Shown: piece after piece, positions 29,087 through 38,840 of the stretch
Numbering within the stretch: the stretch's first letter is position 1
Layout: every line of letters starts with the position of its first letter
Origin: a virus
Lineage: Duplodnaviria; Heunggongvirae; Uroviricota; Caudoviricetes
DNA length: 64,000 bases
Direction: 5' to 3' (one strand)
IMG/VR virus record: IMGVR_UViG_3300028422_000701
The notes under the pieces: model-generated
What the model saw: the letters and a program-made list of their open reading frames with translations, nothing else
Told to the model about the DNA's origin: nothing
The model's database searches: none
Program-made: the position numbers and the translations under genes

Positions 29087-30161
29087 TAGTATTACCTTCT
29101 GTTAATGGGGCAAGTATTTGTACTAAATTAGGGGTTTTAATAAATATAGGGCTATAACCTTCACAGTAACCAATAGTTATATTAGTTTTTTGTTTATTTA
29201 TTAAATCGCTTAGTGCTTGTACGTCAAGTAACACATTTAAACTTATAGGTATTTCAGCAACGTCAGTTGTTAAAACTTCTTGTGTACCTTTAGTGTCTTG
29301 TAAACAAAGTTTATCATCAACTGTTTTTAAATAAATAGTATTGTTTGAAAGTATTTTAACTCTGTCAATAATATTTTGTATGTTACTTAATGTGTCAGTT
29401 AATAATAATGTTTGTGTAAGTTCAAATTCTTTAAAATTTAGGTAGTTAGGGTAATCTCCCTTACCTGGCTGTTCACCACCATATATAGTGTAGTTATCAC
29501 TAACTATCATTACTACACCATCTTGTTGGTATAAATTAATATCTACTGTACCATCTATTGTAAGTAATAATTCTACCATTCTTTGTGTTAAGTAAAATGG
29601 TGTTGTGAAACTGTTGGCTAACCCTGTTGCAATACTTAATTTAATACCGTCTGTTGTAACAATATCTTTATCATTCAAGTAATAACCCATTAACATAGGG
29701 TTAACAATTAATTTACCCAAAGCGGCACTTGCAGTATCAAAAAGTAATAAATCTTTTATATTAAGTTTACCACTTACTACTTCTTCACTTGTAACATCAA
29801 GTAACGCAGGTTCAGGTACTATGTCAGTTAATATATCCATCTTATAAACACCATTACCTATTATTTCAAGTAATGTATTATTGTGTTTAAGTGTTATTGT
29901 TTCCGTTGTAATTTTTTGTACTAATTTAATAAACTGCTCCCCCATAATACTATAAGTATCTTCTTGTTCACAATCTACATTTAAACTAATTAAATACGTG
30001 TTGTTACCATCACTTGTATAAAATGTAAGTTGTTTGTCTTTTAGTTTAATAGTAATATAGTTAGTATATGGTACTATTTTATTACTGCCAAGACCTTTTA
30101 ACAATTTACGGGTTACATTTTGTAGTAATATCGTATTTAATGTTATCTTTTCATATTCCAT
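29079..30161 (-). CDS. dnaN: bacterial-type DNA polymerase III beta sliding clamp-like protein
   Basis: about 360 aa, three-repeat architecture, N-terminus MEYEKITLNTILLQNV; ATG 30161 after aggagg RBS. Confidence 0.5.
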   Translation of the reverse strand: MEYEKITLNTILLQNVTRKLLKGLGSNKIVPYTNYITIKLKDKQLTFYTSDGNNTYLISLNVDCEQEDTYSIMGEQFIKLVQKITTETITLKHNNTLLEIIGNGVYKMDILTDIVPEPALLDVTSEEVVSGKLNIKDLLLFDTASAALGKLIVNPMLMGYYLNDKDIVTTDGIKLSIATGLANSFTTPFYLTQRMVELLLTIDGTVDINLYQQDGVVMIVSDNYTIYGGEQPGKGDYPNYLNFKEFELTQTLLLTDTLSNIQNIIDRVKILSNNTIYLKTVDDKLCLQDTKGTQEVLTTDVAEIPISLNVLLDVQALSDLINKQKTNITIGYCEGYSPIFIKTPNLVQILAPLTEGNTNE

Positions 30162-30171
30162 TTTGTTCCTC

Positions 30172-31103
30172 CTAAAATAATGTATTTTGTTTTGGTTTTG
30201 TACCATAAGTACAAACGTTATCTTTTGCTTTTTGTTCTAAGTACTTTATGTTAAATAAAGTTCTCTTCTTGTAGTCTTCACTAAGTTCCTCAATGGTATA
30301 ACCAAACTTATTTACATAACTAGTTATTGCCTTTTGTACTGGTAATGATTGGTTAACAAAGTGTTGTTTTTTGTTGGTACTTTTGTCACTTAATAGTATG
30401 GCACCAAAGTCTGACATTACACCACCATTAGCACTTTGCATAATCCAACTACTTGCGTCTGCACTGTATAATGGAAATTGTGCTATTAAATCAAAGTCTT
30501 GTACCCCTAAGGCATGAACCTTAATATCAGGATTTTTGCTATGTTTAATAATTTCAAATATCTTATGCAACTTAGCAACCTTTTCTGCCTTTGTTTTACC
30601 TACTATATTTCCAATAGCAACTAAATCTACTTTAGGTTCAAAGTTAAGTATATTCTCTAAATACATAGTATTACTACCAGCATGAAATACAGGAACAAGT
30701 TTTTGTGGACTTTTTACTTTACCATACATATATAAAAAGTTTTCCCACGTTTTCTTATTAGCTTCTAAACGTTCCTGACTTGTAGCATTTTTACCCAATC
30801 TGCCTGGTATTGAATCTACTTCCATAAAGTAACGTAAACCATCGTCCCATTTATTAACGTAAGCAATGTATTCATCTATGTCTACACTAACACCACGTGT
30901 CCAAGCAGTGAATGCACCACTATCTAAAAAAGTTAATTTACCTGCTGCACAACGTTTCTCAAATGGTCTTTTATCGTTCCAGTAACTTAATAACCTGTGT
31001 AGGTCTTGTTGGTCTATATACTCGTCAGCTTCAGGACACTGAACCGGACGCCAGCAAAATAAATATTAAAAGGTTTTTTATCTTTTAAATTGTTGCTGTT
31101 CAT
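30172..31103 (-). CDS. dpdA: DpdA-like (TGT-family) 7-deazaguanine DNA transglycosylase, 5' end disrupted by a +1/-1 frameshift
   Basis: ATG 31103 opens a 29-codon frame ending at 31014; the overlapping frame 31065 to 30172 contains FLDSGAF (TGT DSG motif) and VHALGV. Confidence 0.55.
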
Positions 31104-31108
31104 AATCA

Positions 31109-31819
31109 TCACTCTCCTTTATATTTCCAAATATAACCCAAACCTGTCTTGTTTACACCTTGTAAACACTTACCAATAGTATCAACACAACAATTATTAT
31201 CTTTTGCCGCTTGTACTATACTTGGATAACTATTTAAAAATTTTCCTTCTTTACTATATTGTTCTATTTCTTTACCCATAATTAATTTACAGTTTTTATG
31301 TGCTAGTATTTCTGGTAACAAATAAACCTCGTGTTCATATAACCATACATACCCCTTACATAATATTTTATTACGACAAGCATAATTAATACTATTATAA
31401 TGAACCTTCATTTGTTTGGCAGCTATACCACTACTTTCAAAAATGTTTATTTGGTTACCATTTAAATCGTATTGTAAAACTGTTTTACTTCTTTTGTTGT
31501 CCTTACCACTATTAACAGGACAAGCATCCCCACCTATTGTTGAATTAAAACCTTTATTATAACTATTATATAAATCAACATAGTAAATTTCTTTTTGTTT
31601 TAACTCTTTCATTGTGTTTGCATTATCTATAACTTCCCACGTAAAGTAATCTTTTGGATATTTACTTAGAGCCTTTTGGAATTTGTGGTTCTTTTTAAGG
31701 TCGTAATAATGTTTTTTAATACGTTCTTTTAAGGTATGGGTAGTTATTCCAATATAAACTCTTCCATCTTTATGTGTGCATTTGTAAACAATGCCTTCCA
31801 TATTATTCTCCTTTCTCAT
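31109..31819 (-). CDS. GIY-YIG homing endonuclease
   Basis: GIVYKCTHKDGRVYIGITT GIY-YIG motif. Confidence 0.65.
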   Translation of the reverse strand: MRKENNMEGIVYKCTHKDGRVYIGITTHTLKERIKKHYYDLKKNHKFQKALSKYPKDYFTWEVIDNANTMKELKQKEIYYVDLYNSYNKGFNSTIGGDACPVNSGKDNKRSKTVLQYDLNGNQINIFESSGIAAKQMKVHYNSINYACRNKILCKGYVWLYEHEVYLLPEILAHKNCKLIMGKEIEQYSKEGKFLNSYPSIVQAAKDNNCCVDTIGKCLQGVNKTGLGYIWKYKGE

Positions 31820-31889
31820 TACTTAAATTATACCATATCTGTGGTGAAATGTCAAGTAATATAAATAAAAAAAGTTGGTTGTTCACCAA

Positions 31890-32174
31890 CTATTTTTTAA
31901 GTAGTTTTACATTTACTCTGTCACGGTAACTACCATTATTTATCCATAATCTATATTCTTGATGTATTTCAAAACAGTGTGGATAGTTAATGTCTTCGTT
32001 GTAACATATAGACATCTCTTCATCAATTATGGGTATAGTAACATATTTGTGGTCTTTACTTAAAACTACACCACATTTGTATTCTCCATTAAAGTATTCG
32101 TTTTCTATAAGTATGTAATAATCTTCATAGGGTATATTTTCCTGTTTAAGGACCTTTATAACCTCGTTTAACAT
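31890..32174 (-). CDS. hypothetical protein
   Basis: ORF. Confidence 0.35.
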   Translation of the reverse strand: MLNEVIKVLKQENIPYEDYYILIENEYFNGEYKCGVVLSKDHKYVTIPIIDEEMSICYNEDINYPHCFEIHQEYRLWINNGSYRDRVNVKLLKK

Positions 32175-32395
32175 TACTTAATAAATAGGTAACCAAACAC
32201 TTTTAAAGCCGTGTACATACCCATTATACCCATAATACCACTAAAACTAATAGGGTGGGTAGCAAACCTGTATAACCCACTTGTTTCACTTGGTACACCA
32301 AATATGCGTGTACAAATAAATAGTACCATAAAACTAACTACAAATCCTATTATAAATAATATAGGGGTATCCCAACTAAATATTTCTTTTAGCAT
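32174..32395 (-). CDS. small membrane protein
   Basis: two TM segments. Confidence 0.35.
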   Translation of the reverse strand: MLKEIFSWDTPILFIIGFVVSFMVLFICTRIFGVPSETSGLYRFATHPISFSGIMGIMGMYTALKVFGYLFIK

Positions 32396-32868
32396 TTAGC
32401 ACCTCCAAAGTAAATTAAAAATCTCCAATTACTATTATCAATACGTTTCATTTTTAAGTCTTTAACCTGTTGTTTGTTATCATAATACATTGTTAACTGT
32501 TTGTTAACTAAGTCACTTGCCTTTAAGTCAGGGTATAAAGCAACTAATGTAGCAAGATCAACATTGTTAAGGTTGGTATAAGTTTGTTGTTCATAATTCA
32601 TATAATTACCAACTATTTTAGTGATACCAACTTCTATATCAGCATTTTCTACTTCTAGCATTTCTATTTTTTGGTTTATTGTAGTATTGTCAAGTAGTTT
32701 AAAACTAACGGAGAATAATAAACCTACCATTACAAAAAATGCTACCACAAACAGTGTGCCACCAATACCCAAAAATGTTTCTTGGGTATTATTATCATAC
32801 TTAGCATTGTCCCCCTTTGCTACAATAAACACACCACAAATCATTATTAGTAAACATATAATTACCAT
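32389..32868 (-). CDS. membrane protein
   Basis: two TM segments. Confidence 0.35.
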   Translation of the reverse strand: MVIICLLIMICGVFIVAKGDNAKYDNNTQETFLGIGGTLFVVAFFVMVGLLFSVSFKLLDNTTINQKIEMLEVENADIEVGITKIVGNYMNYEQQTYTNLNNVDLATLVALYPDLKASDLVNKQLTMYYDNKQQVKDLKMKRIDNSNWRFLIYFGGAKC

Positions 32869-32880
32869 ATTATTTCCTCC

Positions 32881-33648
32881 TTATAATATTATATTACCTT
32901 CACTTGGTTTAATGTCTCTTTGTAATAAGTAAAGGTATGCATCTTTAATATCATTTTCTTCTTTAGCACCACGACCATATGTACCGTTGTCAATTTGTGT
33001 CATAACAAGTTTTAAGTAAGCCATAACGTCACTTAATACATCGTCACTAAATTTCATACCATTTAGCATAAATGCAATAACTTTTCTAACACATGGTTTA
33101 CATTTAAAACAAGGTTTTCCATCGTGTGGGAAGTAACAACTAAAACTGCCGTTCCATGCTTCTTCTAGTGTACCACCTTTGTCTAAATACATTTTAAGTA
33201 ATTCACGTTTAGTGTATTCTTTAAAGTCTACATTAATACGTATATTACGTTCTTCAGTCCAGTGTTGTTTTTGGTACAAGAAACTAAATAGTTCTCCTGC
33301 CTTTTGTGCGAACTCAGGACTCTTATCTAAAACTCTGTCCCCGTAAGTTGCACCCAAACATATTTCATCGCCATAGTTAGTTGCTATAGCAGTAAAATAT
33401 AAGTTACGTAAAGGAATTATTTTATCTTCCCTTTCAATACTATGTAGGTTAAGTACATCTTTTAGTACAATAACATCACTATCTAGTTTACTTATTTCTT
33501 CTTTACTATAGCTACTATTAATATCTATGTATAGTTTTACATCAGGTTCCCATATTTTACTTATTAACCAACTATCCATACCACCACTATAAAGTAGTAC
33601 TTTTTTACTTTTTGGGTTAAAGTCTGTCATAACCATTACCCCTTTCAT
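32881..33648 (-). CDS. queC: 7-cyano-7-deazaguanine (preQ0) synthase
   Basis: PP-loop LLYSGGMDS; C-terminal zinc cluster CYFPHDGKPCFKCKPC. Confidence 0.65.
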   Translation of the reverse strand: MKGVMVMTDFNPKSKKVLLYSGGMDSWLISKIWEPDVKLYIDINSSYSKEEISKLDSDVIVLKDVLNLHSIEREDKIIPLRNLYFTAIATNYGDEICLGATYGDRVLDKSPEFAQKAGELFSFLYQKQHWTEERNIRINVDFKEYTKRELLKMYLDKGGTLEEAWNGSFSCYFPHDGKPCFKCKPCVRKVIAFMLNGMKFSDDVLSDVMAYLKLVMTQIDNGTYGRGAKEENDIKDAYLYLLQRDIKPSEGNIIL

Positions 33649-33904
33649 TATCGGCTTTTATTTTACCTTTAATATTTTTTAATCTTTGTTCAATACGTTT
33701 TATAATAACATTTTGTGCTTCCTCCATTGTGGCATACATAAAGTTTTCGTTAGTGTGTGTTGTACCGTTAGACACAATTTCATAACAAAGATTATTGTCT
33801 CTATCAATAGCCATACCCGTAACAGTATATTTATAAATGTTATCTTTATACCATAATTCATCGATTACGTATACATCTTGTCCTAGTTTAAATTTTGGTT
33901 CCAT
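33617..33904 (-). CDS. hypothetical protein
   Basis: ORF. Confidence 0.35.
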   Translation of the reverse strand: MEPKFKLGQDVYVIDELWYKDNIYKYTVTGMAIDRDNNLCYEIVSNGTTHTNENFMYATMEEAQNVIIKRIEQRLKNIKGKIKADNERGNGYDRL

Positions 33905-33905
33905 A

Positions 33906-34136
33906 TTATCTTTCTCCTTTTAAAATTAAATATTCATCTACAGCTCTAATAGATTCTACTACTTTATCAAGTAGTTCTATTAGTTTCTTTTCTTGGTTAA
34001 TATCTAAGTTGTTGTGTTGTATACCCATAACATTAACTTCATTATCAACCATATAATCTACTTTTTTATGGTCAGTAATAAATGTTGTATTACCCCACAA
34101 TCTAATATCGTAATCAGTTACACTTCTTTTTTCCAT
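33906..34136 (-). CDS. hypothetical protein
   Basis: ORF. Confidence 0.35.
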   Translation of the reverse strand: MEKRSVTDYDIRLWGNTTFITDHKKVDYMVDNEVNVMGIQHNNLDINQEKKLIELLDKVVESIRAVDEYLILKGER

Positions 34137-34147
34137 ATTAATCCTCC

Positions 34148-34567
34148 TTATTTAAAGTATGCTTTATTATGGTAGTCAACTAATTCATACTGTGTTAAAT
34201 CAGTACCAATTAATTCTTCAGGTGTTTTAGTAGGGTTACTTACAATACATTTAACAACGGCGTGTAAACCGTAATGTAATTGTAAACCTATTGTTTTACT
34301 TGTAATGCCTGTAATGTCACGTATGTCTTCCCATACTTCTTCATTACCGTAAGGTCTTTTACCGTCCATTTCCATAGCACCAAACTCACACCCATTATTA
34401 CTTATAAAGTATGCACGTCTTAAAAGTAATAAATGATAGTTAGTTAATACGTGTGTATTTATTTTTTCTTCATTTTTGTTAATAAGGTTAAGTTCTTTTA
34501 AAACCTCATCTCCATATTCATCTTGTATTAAAGCAATTGCCCTTTTGGCTTCTTTACTTAATTCCAT
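34148..34567 (-). CDS. hypothetical protein
   Basis: ORF. Confidence 0.4.
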   Translation of the reverse strand: MELSKEAKRAIALIQDEYGDEVLKELNLINKNEEKINTHVLTNYHLLLLRRAYFISNNGCEFGAMEMDGKRPYGNEEVWEDIRDITGITSKTIGLQLHYGLHAVVKCIVSNPTKTPEELIGTDLTQYELVDYHNKAYFK

Positions 34568-34624
34568 ATTACCCTCCTTTATATTACTATTATACCATAT
34601 TAATTATAGAAAGTAAAGGACTTA

Positions 34625-35071
34625 TTAAATAAGCCCTTGTTTTTCAAGTTTTTCTAGTACTTCGTTACGTTTATTGGTATTCCATACCATATTCATATGT
34701 CTATTACCAACTTCATTACGTACTTGATTTCTTGCAATTTTTCTATTATAAACAGTAAATTGTTTATTTTTACCACTACCAACAACTTCAACACCTAGTT
34801 TTGTTTTAAGTTGTTTACCATTTTTATCCCTGTTAAAAGGGTATATAAGTGTGTTCTTACCTAGTGTTTTACAAACATTTAAAGCATGGTTTAACTTTAG
34901 TTGTCTAATGGTATATTTAACTAGTTCCTTAAGGTTGTTAACTACTGTGTCTTCATTAGTAGTTGCATCTTTAATACTAACTGGTTCAATACCTTCCTTC
35001 GTTAGTTGTTCTTTAATTTCGTCAAGATCTGCATAAACATATCCAGCTGTTCTTAATTTTTTGTCGTCCAT
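34625..35071 (-). CDS. hypothetical protein
   Basis: ORF. Confidence 0.4.
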   Translation of the reverse strand: MDDKKLRTAGYVYADLDEIKEQLTKEGIEPVSIKDATTNEDTVVNNLKELVKYTIRQLKLNHALNVCKTLGKNTLIYPFNRDKNGKQLKTKLGVEVVGSGKNKQFTVYNRKIARNQVRNEVGNRHMNMVWNTNKRNEVLEKLEKQGLI

Positions 35072-35072
35072 A

Positions 35073-35615
35073 TTAATTCTCCTCTTTTATCATAATGTGA
35101 TTTAAGTTACGTTTTAAACCATTATCATCTAAACCATAACCATATACAAATAAGTCATCTATTACATATAACTTCCAATCAGGTATATATACTTTTTTAC
35201 TAGGGTCTATTGCTTTATCTAAAAGTACACACGTATTAATACTTACAGGATTCATTTTCATAAGTTCTTCAGTAACTGCTTTTAACGTAACCCCAGTATC
35301 ACAAATGTCGTCCATTATAATAACATGACAACCACCCACATCAGGTAATTTAGTTTCTATCTTTAATTTACCTTGTTTGTTGTCAGTGTAGCTTTTTACC
35401 TTTATAAATTCAAGTGTATGATCAGTAGTTAACTTACGTGTTAAGTCACTTACAAAGTGCACACTACCGTTTAAAATACCAATAATAACAACTTTATTTT
35501 CTTCGCTTGCTTGTATTTTTAATTTTAAATACTCGTCAATATCTATAGCTAAATATTTTAAATCGTATTGTAGTTCCTTACTATTTATTAAAACATTTTT
35601 ATTCTTTTTAAACAT
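35073..35615 (-). CDS. hpt: hypoxanthine-guanine-type phosphoribosyltransferase
   Basis: PRPP-binding motif VIIMDDICDTGVTL; ATG 35615 after aggagg RBS. Confidence 0.65.
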   Translation of the reverse strand: MFKKNKNVLINSKELQYDLKYLAIDIDEYLKLKIQASEENKVVIIGILNGSVHFVSDLTRKLTTDHTLEFIKVKSYTDNKQGKLKIETKLPDVGGCHVIIMDDICDTGVTLKAVTEELMKMNPVSINTCVLLDKAIDPSKKVYIPDWKLYVIDDLFVYGYGLDDNGLKRNLNHIMIKEEN

Positions 35616-35625
35616 TTTGTTCCTC

Positions 35626-35910
35626 CTAGTACCTACGTACATCTTTTATTCTTATATAGTCTCCACTACATTTTTGTAGTGTAATAATTTCACGTAAAAT
35701 AAGTTCTCCAAATGTAATTATAAGATACCAACTTGTTTCGTTTATTGGCAAGTTGGTAACCTTATACCCTACATTTTTGGTGTTAAGTATTAAACTATTA
35801 TATTCGTCTACTGTTAATATTTTATTTACTTTTGGATACCATAAATCTTTAGCTTTATAACTCATCTTGTATGTCTTCTCCATACCAACGTTCGTTAATT
35901 TCACCATCAC
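35626..35910 (-). CDS. hypothetical protein
   Basis: ORF overlapping the polymerase start. Confidence 0.3.
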   Translation of the reverse strand: MMVKLTNVGMEKTYKMSYKAKDLWYPKVNKILTVDEYNSLILNTKNVGYKVTNLPINETSWYLIITFGELILREIITLQKCSGDYIRIKDVRRY

Positions 35911-38125
35911 ATTTAATAGGCATCTTTAGTTTAATATTAGCAGCGTCTTTCATTATTTGTACCATTATACTTAACGCCTCCTTAGCATTTTCTTTTGGTA
36001 CTTCCCCAATTACTTCATCATGTATTGTAAGTAATGTCTTGTACCCAAGTTCACGTAATCTTTCATTTCTGTATAACATAAGTATTGCTACTTTAGTTAT
36101 ATCAGCACTACTACCTTGTATTGCACTATTTAGTATTTGTCTTTGTGCCTGTGCTATAGCTGTACCATTATCAATAATTTTAACTCTAAAATGTTGGGCT
36201 ATTTCAGGCATTCTTTTTCTAGCCTCCCATTTGTTAAATTGGTTTAACATATTACGGGCACTTTCACATAATGTAGGATCTTGTCCAGTAATACTAAATT
36301 GTGGTAAGTTATAATCAGGTAGTCTTCTTTTTCTTCCCCATATAGTTTTAACAAAACCTTTTTGTCTAACTAATTCTTGAAGTTGTTGTTCAAAAACTTT
36401 AATTGAAGGATAAGTTTCGTAGAAACGGTTAATAATATCCTTAGCTTCATCAACAGACGTTTTTATTTGTTCTGCAATACTTGCAGCCCCACGCCCATAT
36501 AAAATACCAAGTAAAACACTTTTAACATAACCTCTACGTTGTTTAGCTTCAGGACTAAATTTTTCTAAACATTCTTCATAAGGTAGGTTGTATATTTTAC
36601 TAGCCATGTCACTATATAAATCTTTACCTGTTGTATAGGCTTCAATCATATGTGGGTCTTGGGCTAGAAATGCAGTAAGTCTTGGTTCAATTTGGCTATA
36701 GTCAGCTCCTATAAAATAATAACCTTCTTTTGGTATAAACATTTTACGTATGTCTGTATTATGGGAAGGTATATTTTGTAAGTTAGGGTCACTACTACTA
36801 AATCTACCTGTATCAGCTCCATATTGGTTAAACTTACCGTGTACACGTCCAGTATTAGGACTAATACTTTTATTAGGTAGTTTATCAATATAAGTTCCAA
36901 GTAATTTTTTTAATCCTCTATATTCAAGTAACTTAGTTATCATTTGGTTAAGTTCAGGGTATGCCTTACCAACTTTTGCCAATTCTTTTTTACCAACACT
37001 TTCCTTTTTAAGTCCTACTTTTAAATAATCTACTTTTAATATTTTAAATAATAAAATATTAAATTGTGTAGGACTATCTAGGTTAACAGGGTCATTAAGT
37101 TTACTATATAACTCAGGTTGTTCCTGTTTAAATTGTGGTAAATAAGGGTTTATTAAGTTACTAACAAGTTCATTTAATTCTATAAAACAAGCATCTATTT
37201 GTTCAGTATACTTAACACTTAACTCATGTGCATATTCTATATCAATACTAACACCAGTATCCTCCATACTTGCTACTGCCTCAGTAAGTGGGGCTTCTAT
37301 TTGGGTAAATAAATAACCAGTATCTACTAAATCTTGTTCTATACAAGGCTCACTAACACCATCTAAAAATGGTAATTGGAATTTGTATAGTTCGTATGTA
37401 GCCCACGCATCAAATGCTGCATAGTAATACACACGGTTAGGGTCTAGTATGTCAAAGGTTAAATGTCCAAATAGTTTTTTATAATTATCAGGGTCTATTG
37501 TTTTCTCAGGTGTACCTAAACAATATTTTTCCCATAACCATTTTAAGGCATGAGAACTGTCGTTTTCGTTTAAAAACTTACCTGCAATAAGACAGTCCCA
37601 ATAAGGTCTTATGTATTCATTTCCTTTGTAGGCATTGTTTATGTATCTAAGGTCAAAGGTAGCATTGGCAAATAATACTTTTAATTTACCATTTCTACTT
37701 AAATCTATAATACTTTTTATAAAGTTAGTTGCGTCTATATTAGGGTAGTTTAAATGTCCAACAGGTACATACAAACTTGTCTCCCCCTCAGTGTATAAAC
37801 ACAAACCAACTAGTTTGTCGTCAATTGGGTTTAAGCCAGTTCCTTCTGTATCTAAAGATAAAACGCCTGTTTGAATTATCTTTTGTAAGTAATCATTCAG
37901 GCGTTGTTCATCTTTACATAATTCCAATACCACGTCAGGTCTTTTATGTTGTAGCCTTGTTACGTACTCGTCCATACGTTTATAACATTCTTCAACATCT
38001 TGTACCCTTGTTCTAACTACACGTACTTGTTTAGGCTTTTTAGCTTTATCAATTACTTCTTTAGCAGTTAGTTTTGGTGTTGGTTGTTTAACGGCAATGC
38101 CAGCAAATAAACTATTTTGGTTCAC
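35855..38125 (-). CDS. family A DNA polymerase (Pol I-like) with 3'-5' exonuclease domain
   Basis: Exo I LSLDTEGTGL; motif A DYSQIEPR; motif B RRGYVKSVLLGILYG; motif C TIHDEV. Confidence 0.85.
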   Translation of the reverse strand: MNQNSLFAGIAVKQPTPKLTAKEVIDKAKKPKQVRVVRTRVQDVEECYKRMDEYVTRLQHKRPDVVLELCKDEQRLNDYLQKIIQTGVLSLDTEGTGLNPIDDKLVGLCLYTEGETSLYVPVGHLNYPNIDATNFIKSIIDLSRNGKLKVLFANATFDLRYINNAYKGNEYIRPYWDCLIAGKFLNENDSSHALKWLWEKYCLGTPEKTIDPDNYKKLFGHLTFDILDPNRVYYYAAFDAWATYELYKFQLPFLDGVSEPCIEQDLVDTGYLFTQIEAPLTEAVASMEDTGVSIDIEYAHELSVKYTEQIDACFIELNELVSNLINPYLPQFKQEQPELYSKLNDPVNLDSPTQFNILLFKILKVDYLKVGLKKESVGKKELAKVGKAYPELNQMITKLLEYRGLKKLLGTYIDKLPNKSISPNTGRVHGKFNQYGADTGRFSSSDPNLQNIPSHNTDIRKMFIPKEGYYFIGADYSQIEPRLTAFLAQDPHMIEAYTTGKDLYSDMASKIYNLPYEECLEKFSPEAKQRRGYVKSVLLGILYGRGAASIAEQIKTSVDEAKDIINRFYETYPSIKVFEQQLQELVRQKGFVKTIWGRKRRLPDYNLPQFSITGQDPTLCESARNMLNQFNKWEARKRMPEIAQHFRVKIIDNGTAIAQAQRQILNSAIQGSSADITKVAILMLYRNERLRELGYKTLLTIHDEVIGEVPKENAKEALSIMVQIMKDAANIKLKMPIKCDGEINERWYGEDIQDEL

Positions 38126-38835
38126 TAGAACATTTTAGCTGGTGAATTTGTATTGTTTGTTTGTGTAGGTGTTGTAGGCATAACAATATTAGGGTTAACA
38201 TTAAATTGTGTTGTTTGTGGTTGAACATGTTGTGAATATGCATTCATTATATTAGTACTTGTTTGGTTGGTGTTTAGGTTTAATGTACCTTGTGCTGCTT
38301 GAATCATTTCTTCTTCAGTTAACTCAAGTACAAAACCTTTGTGTCCATCAACTATTTTTTTACGTTCAGGTAAGTTAGGTACTGCACTATTAATAGCTGA
38401 TACCACAGGTGATATAAAGTATTTAGTGTCCTTACTACCTCTATTACCTTGTCTTGTAATGCTATATGGAATCTTATTTAAAGCTCCATTTTGGTTCATA
38501 AATACTATTAATTGTTCAATATGGTTTTTACCTCTATCCCAAATTAATACTTCTTCTGTACCTTCTTTTACAAGTTGAATCATAGCTCTTAACATTGGTT
38601 TATAACCAGAACGTGCTAATGCGTCGTTGTCACTGTTTTGTTTTACATATCTTTCCTTGTCTCCAATTTTAATTTTGTAAACAATAAACCAGTCCAATTC
38701 GTTAGGGTTATCCCCATATAAGAATCTAACCACGGCACTGTCACCGTTGTTTTGTAGGTTAAAGAAACTTGTACCTCCATTGTTACCATATTTTTTTAAT
38801 GCATCTTCAAGTGATAAGTTTGTGTTGTTGTTCAT
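38125..38835 (-). CDS. hypothetical protein with Q/N/T-rich C-terminal tail (possible ssDNA-binding protein)
   Basis: position beside the polymerase; low-complexity tail ending in F. Confidence 0.3.
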   Translation of the reverse strand: MNNNTNLSLEDALKKYGNNGGTSFFNLQNNGDSAVVRFLYGDNPNELDWFIVYKIKIGDKERYVKQNSDNDALARSGYKPMLRAMIQLVKEGTEEVLIWDRGKNHIEQLIVFMNQNGALNKIPYSITRQGNRGSKDTKYFISPVVSAINSAVPNLPERKKIVDGHKGFVLELTEEEMIQAAQGTLNLNTNQTSTNIMNAYSQHVQPQTTQFNVNPNIVMPTTPTQTNNTNSPAKMF

Positions 38836-38840
38836 ATTTT

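Noticed and set aside
38125-38835. Calling 38125-38835 a confident SSB
   Set aside because: Only positional and compositional hints (next to the polymerase, low-complexity tail), with no recognisable OB-fold motif by eye. Kept as a low-confidence note.
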